From positions 115,072,001 to 115,136,000 of the forward strand of contig OX597820.1 in NCBI GenBank assembly GCA_951406725.2: a stretch of 64,000 bases of DNA. The letters run 5' to 3'. Below, in pieces: positions 1-12,434 of this stretch. The position numbers were made by a program, and so were the translations under genes. The notes beneath the pieces are model-generated. The model worked only from the letters and a program-made list of their open reading frames with translations, ran no database searches and had not been told where the DNA came from. The DNA is from Octopus vulgaris. Taxonomy: Eukaryota. Each line of letters starts with the position of its first letter. Position 1 is the first letter of the stretch.

Positions 1-133
1 GGCAAAAGAGACCAATAGAATAAGTACTGGGCTTACAAAGAATAAGTCTTAGGGTCGATTTGCTCGACTAAAGACGGTGCTCCAGCATGGCCGCAGTCAA
101 ATGACTGAAACAAGTAAAAGAGTAAAAAGAGTA
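1..133 (+). mobile_element. SINE family 1 (CORE-like tRNA SINE), 3' part
   Basis: Same body and (AAAAGAGT)n tail as the full copies at 31580 and 60229. Confidence 0.85.
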
Positions 134-134
134 T

Positions 135-400
135 GTCTTTTACTTTGCCACACATTTCCAGCATCTCAGAGTCTATCTCTAATGGTCTGGTTGCTTTTTG
201 CACCTTCACATATCTCAATGGCTATTTCAACTATAGAACTCTCAACTTCACTTGTTAGTTCCTTCCACCTCTTTCCCATGAATTCATCAACCTCTTATTG
301 TAGCGTTTCCATGTGTCTTTCTGGCATCACTGAAAGTGACAACATCAATAATGTCCTGATTCCAACTGCAAACTGCTTTGCAAGACAGAACACCTCAAAT
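135..400 (-). pseudogene. Old RTE LINE ORF fragment
   Basis: Translation KATRPLEIDSEMLEMCG resembles GKAPCLSGITAEMLKTSG of the RTE copy at 21108; frameshifted. Confidence 0.5.
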
Positions 401-594
401 GCCAGCTCCTCATGTAACAGGACATTAACACAGAACAATAAATGAATAAGAATGGGGTCAACTTTTCAATTACCCTTCATGAGATATGTTTGAAGTGGTT
501 TGGTTATTTTGTTCTGTTATGCGACATATTAAGCAAATAAATAGCCATTCTTATGGAAACACATAATGTAATTGAAAAGGCCCTATTCTCAGCA

Positions 595-990
595 TTTGTG
601 TCAGGTCTCCGCTTGGAGCAACTGGTAACATGTAACCCAGTACAACCTGTTACATGGTCGGGTCGTTGGCGACTAAACTGGCAACGCCACCAAGATTTCT
701 TGGTGAGGAGGGTGATTTGGACACCCAGCAGGACTAAAAACAAAACCTGTCAAAGGGCAGAGGAACTCTCTCATGAGTCAATGGCCATCCGAAAACCTAC
801 ATAAATCCGGAGTGGAGCCCCTAAGGCGGTTGGATTGCACCATGCATGCCACCTTCCAGCAGCTCCTGCATCCTGGTCTACCCCCAGCTGTCTTGACTTT
901 GTCTTGCCACTGGATCCGGCGCACTAGGACGAGAGAGTGAGGCTGATCCTGCGCAAGTCACCCTCACTATAATCCAAGTCACGTGCACAT
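595..990 (+). mobile_element. GC-rich structured repeat, probable retrotransposon 5' leader (copy 1)
   Basis: About 190 bp (600-790) aligns with 37917-38106; several hairpins. Confidence 0.55.
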
Positions 991-1502
991 CATGACATCA
1001 TGACACCAACATCACAAAGTTCTCAACATCTTGTTACATACATTGGGTTTAGAGTGTGCTTAATATAAACTAAATAGTTAATGTATTATTTGTTTTATTG
1101 ATTGGTTGATGGATAAGAAGTGTTGATGGTATTTCTTTCAGGTACCCTTTTAACGAAATACTAGAGTGAGGTGTTACCAAGTTAATTGCTTAGATTATAA
1201 AGACCCTTACTATTTTGATATATATATATATACACACATATATAGTCAGCGTTAGGATGAACTACTTCATAGCTGTTATGGTTTATTTTTAATGTTACTA
1301 ATGTCTGTATTGTTATGAGGCATGTATGTTACTGTTTAGGGCAAATATAAGTCTTACTAAGTAATACATACATTCTTCATTTATAGTATGTGTGTGTAAT
1401 CCCCACACACACACCATTTTTTTTTCTTCAGGGCTATTAGGCTATGGCTTGGCTGGAGCAAAAAGAACAATAAACAGAGACTGGACAAGAAGTTAAAGAT
1501 TG

Positions 1503-1875
1503 TACTCTTTTACTTGTTTCAGTCTTTGACTGCGGCCATGCTGGAGCACCGCCTTTAGTCGAGCAAATCGACCCCGGGATTTATTCTTTGTAAGCCCATT
1601 CTATCGGTCTCTTTTGCCGAACCGCTAAGTGACGGGGACGTAAGCACACCAGCATCGGTTGTCAAGCAATGCTAGGGGTACAAACACAGATACACAAACA
1701 CACATATATACGACAGGCTTCTTTCAGTTTCCGTCTACCAAATCCACTCACAAGGCATTGGTCGGCCCGGGGCTATAGCAGAAGACACTTGCCCAAGATG
1801 CCACGCGGTGGGACTGAACCCGGAACCATGTGGTTGGTTATCAAGCTACTTACCACACAGCCACTCCTGCGCCTA
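1503..1875 (-). mobile_element. SINE family 1, full length
   Basis: Minus-strand head AGGCGCAGGAGTGGCTGTGTGG (A box), GGTTCAGTCCC (B box), CORE-like CTTGGGCAAGT, AAAAGAGT tail. Confidence 0.9.
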
Positions 1876-2539
1876 CTGTTGAACATTAAATGATTTCGCA
1901 AACCCCACGTGAAACAGCAGCCAACTATCCCTCACATTACACACTACCACCTCAAAAAAAGGAAGCATAATTTGCCTAGTAGAGCCTTAAACAGTTTAAA
2001 AAAGAAAGAATGCCTACAACGGGATCGTCCTTGATAATCAGATACAAAACTGACAACAAAATATTGAGTATTTTCACAAAAACAAGGGATGGTCAATAAT
2101 GGAACGCCTTTGATCATAAGCACAAAACCGGATAAAAAGTATTGATTGCTAATAATTTGGGATGCTGAAACCAGCCTAGGATCAAATACAAAATTTGAAA
2201 TGTGTGTGTATGTATTAGAATGTAAAACTGTGTGCGCGTAGGTGTATGTGTGTCTGTGTACACGTGTGATAATGTGCTTCTGTGTGTACACATGTATGTG
2301 ACTGTGTGTGTACATGCATGTGGGACAGGGTGTGTGAGTGCACATGTATATGTGACTATGATTGCATCTTGTGAATGCATAAGTGAAACTATTATATTTA
2401 TGATTGTAACGTGAATATGTGGCCAAATATTTATATATAAATGTGTGTGTATGTATCCATATGTTTCAAAAACTGTATGTGGTACCTGTACATCTGTGCG
2501 TATGTGTATGTATGTGTGTGTGTGCCGCCGTGCCTCTCA

Positions 2540-2690
2540 ATGTGTGTGTCCATGCTTGCGTCAGGCCGCCGACATGCAATTCATTACATGAGATCTGATT
2601 GGATAATTGTTTCTCAGTTGATATTCTTCACCAATCAAAATTGAACAACGATTGTGTACGGTGGTGTGACCACACCGTCCTTTGTTATTT
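2540..2690. promoter_or_regulatory. Possible promoter segment with two opposed CCAAT boxes
   Basis: TGATTGG at 2596-2602 and CCAATCA at 2631-2637 in unique sequence that retains CpG; no linked gene identified. Confidence 0.25.
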
Positions 2691-2828
2691 TCTTTTCTTC
2701 TCCTGTTCTTAGTCACCTCCCCTTCCCTCTCTTCTTCACACTTATCCCCTCTTCCTTTTCCTCCCAACTACAATGAAGAAGTATGCATGTCAATGTGAAG
2801 GGTGCACTAACGCATACTCAGATACACT

Positions 2829-2874
<46 letters not shown>

Positions 2875-4961
2875 CATATGTATATCCACGGACACACATG
2901 TATACACATATATACTATACACACACATATATACGTATGTATATCCACGGACACACACCCACATCCACGGACACACACACATATATACTACACACACACA
3001 CAATACACATGTATACCCACAGACTCGCGCGCGCGCAGCTCCTCCCACACACAATGCATACATCAGATGCACCTCCCTCATATCCATACACCATTTACAC
3101 ATGCATACCCTTACATAAACACATACATGCATTTAATGCACAAGCCACCACCACTCAGAACAAAGTGCGCACACACGCATTAAAGACATTTCCACTCCGG
3201 CAGCACAACTCGTGTACGCATTAACAAGCTTACACCATACACACATAAATATACGCACACAAATATACATACATCGCACACTGTTCAATATCCGATGGAG
3301 GTTCGTGGCCAGCAAATGCACATCTTTCTGGTTAAAAAAAGGGGAGAACCCAACAGGGCCGAAATTCACCGACGGTTTTATTACACGCGCTCTCTCCCTT
3401 AAAAATAATCTATAACCCCTGAAAATCTTTAACACAATCTTCGGGGTTGTTGTTTATCTCATTTCTCTTTCTATTTAACTTGCCCGCCTCATCTAATATT
3501 CATTTAGCTTTTATGTATGACATGGGTACTAGTACCTATGACATGTACGTACGTACGTATGTGCGCGCTCGTACGCACGCACACGCACATGTACGTACGT
3601 TCACCATTCACAGAAGTGACAATCACTAACAATAGCATCAAAAAAGTCCATAAAGAAAAATGAAACCAGTGTGACTAAAATTAAAAGTAGAGCCGATAAA
3701 TCAGAGGTGTTTCGTTAACCTTTTCGTTTGTGGCTTGGTGTAAGTGTAGACAATTTAGAACAAAGGCAGAACACCATGCTCGGTGGGATGTAGTCAGTTA
3801 TATCTTCCTCACTATTTTGCCGGTACTTTTTTTTTTAAATCAAGAATGAAAAGAAGTATTGACCTCGGTGAGATTTGAACTCAGAATGCGATATTACAAA
3901 AATACCTATTAGTATTCTTGTTCAGCGCTTTATCGATCCTGCATATTCCTCGTATTTTCGTCTTACTCCCGGTGTACACTAGTTCTAGACTAGATTCGAA
4001 CGAAGAAGGTTTATTTTTTTCTACACAAATTTATTTACCAGATCGTGGCACATGTACTTTTGTTTGCTTCCTTTTAAGCGTGGCTAATGCTAAGTCCTGA
4101 TGTGTATACCTTTCCCAGCGCAGTTGTTAAAGGAGGAAAAGAAAGCCTGTCCCATAATGATCTTTTCTCATTTACTACAAGGTAACCTAACACAATATTA
4201 AGTGGAACCGTGCACGTTTTCTTACCACTTCTCCCTTTATAACCACTGCTATATCTTTGCAGGGAGGGGTAAGGCGGAAAAAAAAATCTGTTTTGTAGTT
4301 TGAAATATATGTAAGAAGGTAATAACGGCTGTATTTTTTTCATTTTAGTTTCGGTATCTGAGTCTGTCTATCCTTCTTTAACTATTCCCCTAGCTATGTT
4401 ATCAATTCATCTGCCTCTCTATAAATGCCTCACCTGTCTGTCTTCAGTGAAGAGAGTATCCGAAATGTTAGATTCCTTTTTGTTTTCAGCTCACATCACC
4501 CACTTTACACATGAGAAAATCTATATACTAATCTATCTATACACCCTCTCTCTCTCTTTCTCTTTATGCTCTTTCAGTCTCGCTCCCTACCTTCTTTCTA
4601 TGTATTTTTCCGCTCTCTATCTCTCTGTATGTCTGTCTCACTACCTCTTTGTGTTCTCCTCTCTCTATTTTACTACCTCTTTATATTTTTCTGTCTTTCT
4701 CTCACTACCTCTCTATCCGTGTCTCTCTCTCTCTCTCGGATCTGTATAGCTATCTACTACACTCTCTCTGTTCATGTCTTCTCCCTCCTCGCCTCTCTCC
4801 TCTCTTTCCTTTGCTCTAGCATCACTATGGTTCATTACATTTAAAGGTGAGATACTTATCTATTTTACATATATATATATATATATATGTGTGTCTGTGA
4901 TATATGATATATATATATATATATGTGATTGATATGATATATATATATATATATGTGATTG

Positions 4962-5015
<54 letters not shown>

Positions 5016-7539
5016 ATACATATATATATATATATATATGATTCACTTTCCTTTCAATTTTCCTCCTAGTTTGCTATTTTCTTCATCACCTGTTCTACTC
5101 TTGTATTTTCTTTTAAATTTTTATTCTGAAATGTTATTCGTCTCTCTTTTCCCATCTGATTCTAATTTTTACCCCTGTCTCTCTCTTTCACTCTCTACAT
5201 TCGCTTTTCTTCTTTATCTCGTGTTGCCGACTTATGTTCGGTTTAGCAAATATTATAATGATAGATAGTAATAATGTTGTTAATGAGAGAGGAACATAAT
5301 GATGGTATTAATCATAAAATAATATAATACTAGTGATCACTGCTGAGGCGATCGTCCTATAACGACGACTTACGGTTTTCACTTTGACATGCCTAAAATT
5401 TCATTTTGAAAGGAAAAAAAAACGAGGTTATATTATTCACACCTTTATCTATTCTTCTATTTATTTTATCATCATCGTTATTATTAAGGAAAAGTATAGC
5501 ATCGTTGGAATCGGTTCCATCTGGAAAAGGAAACCGGTTTGCGATTATAGTTTGCCGAAAACCACAGTAAGACCCATTAGTGTTACTGTTGTTGATGGTG
5601 ATGATAGTTTAACATAATTTTCATTTTTTTCTTTCTGTATTACTAAGAATCAATTCGAAGCACGTTCTGTATCATTAATGATTTGGTATGATGATGGCTC
5701 ATGCGGAAGGATGACGATTCGATTGACTCGGTTTTACAACTGGATTGTATTTCCTTCACCTCATTTCCACAAGGGATGATGGAAAGAAAAGCCGACTGTA
5801 GTGGGATTTATAACATAGAGACAGGATCATTAATAAATCGAAAATCTAATTCAACTGACCGACAGCTTATTCGTCTTCCACCCCGACCAAAAAGGTTTGG
5901 TAAGGAGAACTACCAAATTAGTTCTGTGAAACCGTTTCTTCGAACCGGTTTCTTCCTTCATTTTAGACATTTCACCTCATTCATAAAACACAACCATCAC
6001 GCAACCCACATTTCATGTCTCACCTCTTTAAAATGTTGAGACCTTGTATCTGAAATAACTGTCTACTGTGGTGGGACGATCCGACCATAACCTCACCTTC
6101 CAGCTGTAAACCTGTTTCGATTCCCACATTGGAACTGACCGATGCTAAATGATTGTGGAAGTCATCATTAATACAATTGATGTATGTATTCACTAATTGC
6201 CACACTCCAGCGTCTACAACCTCATTATTCCAGACCTTTTTTCTATTTTCTCTTTCATTTCGCATTCTCTTTCTCTCTTTTCTATTCTCTTCAATTTTCC
6301 TCACGCTTCTTTCTTTCTGTCTCTCTCGTCCTTCTCTCATTCACTCACTCACTCCTCCTCTATCTCTTTGTTCATCTCCTCCACCTTCTCCCACTACTAC
6401 TGAGACACCGCGAAAGGCCTTTTTGAAAAGCTTTCTGGACATCTATCTGGATTTTGAATAAGCTACAGCAGTGTGGTGTTCTGTAACCCCAGGTTAGTCC
6501 TAACCCAGCAGACCTGTGACTAAGGCACTTCACTTCTCTCGATCTTGTTTCTTTTTCTTTCCTCTCCCTCTTTTTTTTTTTATGCCAGAAACTACGTCCT
6601 CCGATCTGTCCTTTCTTTTTCTCGAAGATGGTAGGATGTGATTTGAAGGACATTTGACTACTGTTTCTAACAATTCTCGTTCCTTTAACCGACTTGAATG
6701 GCTCACATAGCAAGTGGCAACCGGCACAACGGTGTGTGTATGTGTGTGTGAGTGCATATATTATACATAATATATATACGTACATATCATATATAGTATA
6801 TATATATAATATATAGTATATATAATATACACATATATTAATATACATAATATATAAATGTTAACATATATAAAAAATAATGTATTACATACACACACGC
6901 ACGCATCACATATGCACACATGTCAATGGTTGTAGCTGTCCACTCTACCCGGCATAGTAAGTTCTCCATCAGATAATGATTGAACCGTGTAAAACATATT
7001 TCTGTTACATTTTACAACTCTTACTTCGCGACATATACCACACACATATACACCCGCATTCACAAACTCATGTATGTATGTATGTATGGATGGATGGATG
7101 TATGTATGTATGTGTGTATGTATGTGTGTGTGTGTGTGTGTGTGTGACAGTATGCAATGGTTGTAAACGAGTGTCACCGTCATACAAGCAATGCTCTTTC
7201 TTATATTCTTATTGTTTGTTTTTAAGTCAAGTTATATATGAAACAGTTTAACAATACATTCAAAGCTTACTCATTACTTTTTAGTAGAGTACATGTCTAT
7301 CAAACTTTTACCCGGAAAATGTTAACAGTGACATCGAAATTTCGGTTTCTTTGCCATCGTCAGAGGAGGAAATATTTGTAAATTATCTTAGTCGTGAGTC
7401 TTTTACTACTCAGAGTTTCGCCTGTGGGTGCACAGGGTCTTTAGGCAAGTTACAACTTGTAGCAAGAAACTGGTATAGACTTCTCTTTTCTACTGACAGT
7501 GAACACTAAAAGGATACATACATACATACATATACATCT

Positions 7540-8010
<471 letters not shown>

Positions 8011-8754
8011 CACACACACACACACATATATATAATGGGTAAGAATATGTCAAAAACGTGTATAAAATACATACAATTAATGCTCAGAACATTCAAAAAG
8101 AGCACATCATGGAATCAAAGTAAACAGGAGTTGGCTATAGGCAATGTACCGGTCAAGTTGATGAATGTGTGTGTGTGTGTGTGTATGCGTGCATTGTATG
8201 TTTGTATATGTATATTAATATTGTCTTTTAATATACATCTTCCAGGTTGGCATGGGTTAAAACAATTTGATAGGATCTGATGGATCAGAGGACTGCATTA
8301 TGCTCTAATGTCTACTTTGGCATGGTTTCTACAGTTGTTGCTCTTCCTAATGCCAACCACTTTACTGGGTGCTTTTTGCATGGTATTGCTACTAAGAAAA
8401 TGACCATGTATCTCTCAAAAGTAAGATCTCTGTCAGGTGAGTGGGAAGAGTAGAGAGAGAGAGAGAGATGGCTTTATCCTAGATGAGGAAAGGTTAGAAT
8501 AGGAAGAAAGGGGCTAATACATGATTTTGCTGTAGAGGAGATAAATGGTTGCTCAGATTTAGGGAAGAGTGGATGGGGGTAATTGGTATGGAAATTGGAA
8601 GTGAAGTTAAAATGGTGGTGACATGGTATCAATATTGGCCTGACCCACCCTGTCACCTTGTAAGCACCATCTGTACAGGAAGGGAGGGTGGTTAGAGGAA
8701 GCAAAAATGTATGAAAAGAATGAGAGATGGTAGGAAATTTGGTATGGATGCAAA

Positions 8755-8787
<33 letters not shown>

Positions 8788-9152
8788 GTGATGGGAGACA
8801 TAGAAAGGCAGACACACACACGCATATATATACATGTATGTGTATTTGTGTATGTGTGTGTGTATACAACAGGCTTCTTTCAGTTTTTGTCTACCAGTTC
8901 CACTCACAAGACTGGTTGACCTGTGGCTAGAGCAGAAGACATTTGCCCAAAGTGCCACATGGTGGGACTGAACCTGCAGCCATGTGGTTGGCAAGCAAAC
9001 TTCTTACCACACAGTCATGCCTACACTGATATATATGGTGTGTGTGTGTATGTAAGTATATATAGACGTGTGTGTGTGTGTAAAACCACGTGAATCGTAG
9101 ACAATTTTTTTCCCTCCATCTTCCTTTTCTATTGGACTTTCCTCTGTCTCCT

Positions 9153-9187
9153 GTTTCTAAAGAAGAGCTTTGCTCGAAACATAAGAC
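9153..9187 (+). ncRNA. Degenerate minimal type I hammerhead ribozyme in a Penelope-like terminal fragment
   Basis: gttt-CTAAAGA-a-gagc ttt gctc-GAAA-c-ATA-agac; G5>A relative to the sister copy at 39343. Confidence 0.6.
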
Positions 9188-9284
9188 CACTTTTCTTTCC
9201 TTCCTTGAGTGTCTGCTAATACTTTACATGTACCACGTCCCCGTGTTGTTTTTTTTGTGTTTGTTCTTTGTGTTTTTGATTTAC

Positions 9285-9319
<35 letters not shown>

Positions 9320-9320
<1 letters not shown>

Positions 9321-9690
9321 TTCATTTACTTGTTTCAGTCATTTGATTGTGGCCATGCTGAAACCAACTTAAAGGGTTTTAGTCGAAGAAATCGTCCCCA
9401 GGACTTATTCTTTGTGAGCCTAGAACTTATTCTATCAGTGTCTTTTGCCAAACTGCTAAGTTATGGGGATGTATGTAAACACCAACATTGGTTGTCAAGC
9501 AATGGTGGGGGGACAAACAGTGACACAAAGACACACATGCATAATTATATACATATATATATATGACAGGCTTCTTTCAGTCTCCGTCTACCAAATCCTC
9601 TCACAAGGCTTTGGTCAGTCTAAGGCTGTAGAACCTGGAACCATGTGGTTGGGAAGCAAGCTTCTTACCATAGCTATGCTTGCACCTCTC
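9320..9690 (-). mobile_element. SINE family 1, diverged
   Basis: Similarity to 1503-1875. Confidence 0.8.
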
Positions 9691-9718
9691 TATATATCTA
9701 TCTATCTATCTATCTATC

Positions 9719-9749
<31 letters not shown>

Positions 9750-9864
9750 ATATATATATGTACATACATATATATATACATATATATATGTACATGTACA
9801 TATATATATGTACATATATATATATGTACATGTACATATATATATGTACATATATATATATACA

Positions 9865-9902
<38 letters not shown>

Positions 9903-9993
9903 CATATATATATGTACATATATATATACATGTACATATATATATATATATATATACATGTACATATATATATATAAATATATATATATGTAC

Positions 9994-10024
<31 letters not shown>

Positions 10025-10164
10025 GATATATGTACATATATATAAATATATATACATATATATATATGTACATCTATATATATATATATAAATATATATA
10101 CATATATATATATATGTACATATATATATATATATATGTACATATATATATATAATATATGTAC

Positions 10165-10197
<33 letters not shown>

Positions 10198-10230
10198 CAT
10201 ATATATATGTACATATATATATATAATATA
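9690..10230. repeat. Long (TA)n/(TACATG) microsatellite
   Basis: Direct reading; source of the YI-rich spurious ORFs. Confidence 0.95.
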
Positions 10231-10477
10231 TCATCATCATCATCATTTAACGTCCGTTCTCCATGCTAGCAGGGGTTGGACAGTTCAACCGGGGATCTGG
10301 GAAGCCAGAAGGCTGCACCAGGCTCCAGTCTTATCTGGCAATGTTTCTACAGCTGGATGCCCTTCCTAACGCCAACCACTCCGTGAGTGTAGTGGGTGCT
10401 TTTTACGTGCCACCGGCACAAAAGCCAGTCGAGGCGGCACTGGCTTTGGCCATGATTCGGATGGTGCTTTTTACGTG

Positions 10478-10483
<6 letters not shown>
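10231..10483 (-). mobile_element. RTE LINE 3' UTR fragment
   Basis: (CAT)n on plus strand followed by the conserved 3' UTR. Confidence 0.85.
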
Positions 10484-10518
<35 letters not shown>

Positions 10519-10522
<4 letters not shown>

Positions 10523-11224
10523 TTGTCCAGAAAGTTGGTGTCGATTTATAGTAGCTTATCTTTCGACTTATTTTAGAACATGGCTGAGAAGAAAGTTTAT
10601 GTTCCTATAACCTGTGTTAATTCTGTAACCCTTTAAAATGGAAGATAAGAAAGTTCATTTTCGGTACTTGATGCTTTTCTTTTTCTGTAAAGGGAAAAAT
10701 GCCCCACAAACAACCAAAGAAACATGCGCAGTTCACGGTGATGTTTCTTTATCTGAAAAATAATTTCTGAGAAATACTGCACACAACTGGATGAGTTAAA
10801 AGCAGCAATTCAAGAGAAACGTCCAGAATTGGCCAACAGGAAGGGTGTTGTTTTCCAACATGATAATGCAAGACCGCACATTTCTTTGGGACCCAGACGA
10901 AAATTGCAGCAACTCGGCTGGGATGTGTTACCCCACCCTCCATATTCACCAGATATTGCTCCTTTGGATTTCCACTTATTCAGGTCTTTACAGAATCGTC
11001 TTAATGGTAAAAATTTCAATTCCTTGAATGACGTAAAAAGATACCTTGATGAATTCTTTGCCATGAAACCACCTCAATTCTGGGAAGAGGATATTTTCAT
11101 GTTAAAGGAAAGATGGAGACGCATTGTGCAACAAAATGGTTCATATTTGGTTAATTAAAAATGTAAGGGCAATTGACCTTTTTCTTTCCTTTAAAAATCG
11201 GCACGAACTTTCTGGACAACCCAA
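10519..11224 (+). mobile_element. Internally deleted mariner (Tc1/mariner) transposon
   Basis: TIRs TTGGTTGTCCAGAAAGTTGGTGTCGATTT and AAATCGGCACGAACTTTCTGGACAACCCAA; N-terminus MEDKKVHFRYLML joined to RPELANRKGVVFQHDNARPH...HPPYSPDIAPLDFHLF; left flank TA. Confidence 0.93.
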
Positions 11225-11420
11225 TCATCATCATCATCGTCATCATCGTTTAGCGTCCGTTTTCCATGCTAGCATGGGTTGGACGGTTCTACTGGGGTCT
11301 GTGAAGCCAGAAGGCTTCATCAGGCCCAGTCAAATCTGGCAGTGTTTCTACGGCTGGATGCCCTTCCTAACGCCAACCACTCCGTGAGTGTAGTGGGTGC
11401 TTTTTACGTGCCACCCACAC
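11225..11420 (-). mobile_element. RTE LINE 3' UTR fragment abutting the mariner right TIR
   Basis: (CAT)n tail starts inside the expected TA duplication. Confidence 0.85.
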
Positions 11421-11704
11421 AATATATATATATATATATGTACTAGATGGTAAATGTTTTTCATTTCCAAATTTATTCCTGTCGAATTTTATCCGTTATT
11501 TTTGTGGTTTACAGAACCTAGCTGTTCTCTCTAATGTGTTGGATTTCACGCTAAGTGGATTCCTTATGTGTATAAATATGCACTATATTGTATGATTAAT
11601 ACATAGTCTTCTTGACTAACTTTTCTTTTGCACGTTAGATGACTGGAAATGTAAATTTTGATTGAATATTTTAATTTTAATTAAATTCCATTTCCCTTTG
11701 ATAT

Positions 11705-12090
11705 GTTTCAGTCATTTGACTGCAGCCATGCTGGAGCACCGCCTTTAATCGAGCAACTCGACTCCGGGACTTATTCATTTGTAAGCCCAGTACTTATTCT
11801 ATCGGTCTCTTTTGCCGAACCGTTAAGTAACGGGGACATAAACACACCACCATCGGTTGTCAAGCAATGCTAGGGGGACAAACACAGACACACAAACACA
11901 TATATATATATATATACATATATACGATGGGCTTCTTTTCAGTTTCCGTCTACCAAATCCACTCAGAAGGCTTTGGTCGGCCCGAGGCTATAGTAGAAGA
12001 CACTTGCCCAAGGTGCCATGCAGTGGGACTGAACCCGGAACCATGTGGTTGGTAAACAAGCTACTTACCACACAGCCACTCCTGTGCCTA
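11705..12090 (-). mobile_element. SINE family 1
   Basis: Similarity to 1503-1875. Confidence 0.9.
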
Positions 12091-12434
12091 TATATATATA
12101 TATATATAAATTAGAGGATATGCTAACCCTGTGAAGGGATGGTTGCATCCAAGGAAATGCTGGTTCAATATCTACTATTGTGGAATGAAATTCCCTTAAA
12201 ACAATAGGTATATATTAAGCATATAGTTTATATCTAGTTAAAAGAAGAAAAGAAAATGGCAATAAGGAAATTAACATTTATTATTAACAATACAAATCAT
12301 AAACCATAATATTTAGTCTGCTGAAATGAATTGAAAGGTTCACATATAACATACCAAGGTACATCTTTTTTTGTCCCTAATGAAATTATGCTCATGTCAC
12401 ATAAATGCAAATTTATTATACAAATTTGTAAATT

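Noticed and set aside
6020-6340. 106-aa minus-strand ORF as a coding exon
   Set aside because: N-terminal half is purine-rich low complexity, there is no acceptor tract and no recognisable domain
9463-10246. Long YI/TH/CV-rich ORFs here and throughout the track
   Set aside because: Translations of (TA)n, (CA)n and TACATG microsatellites
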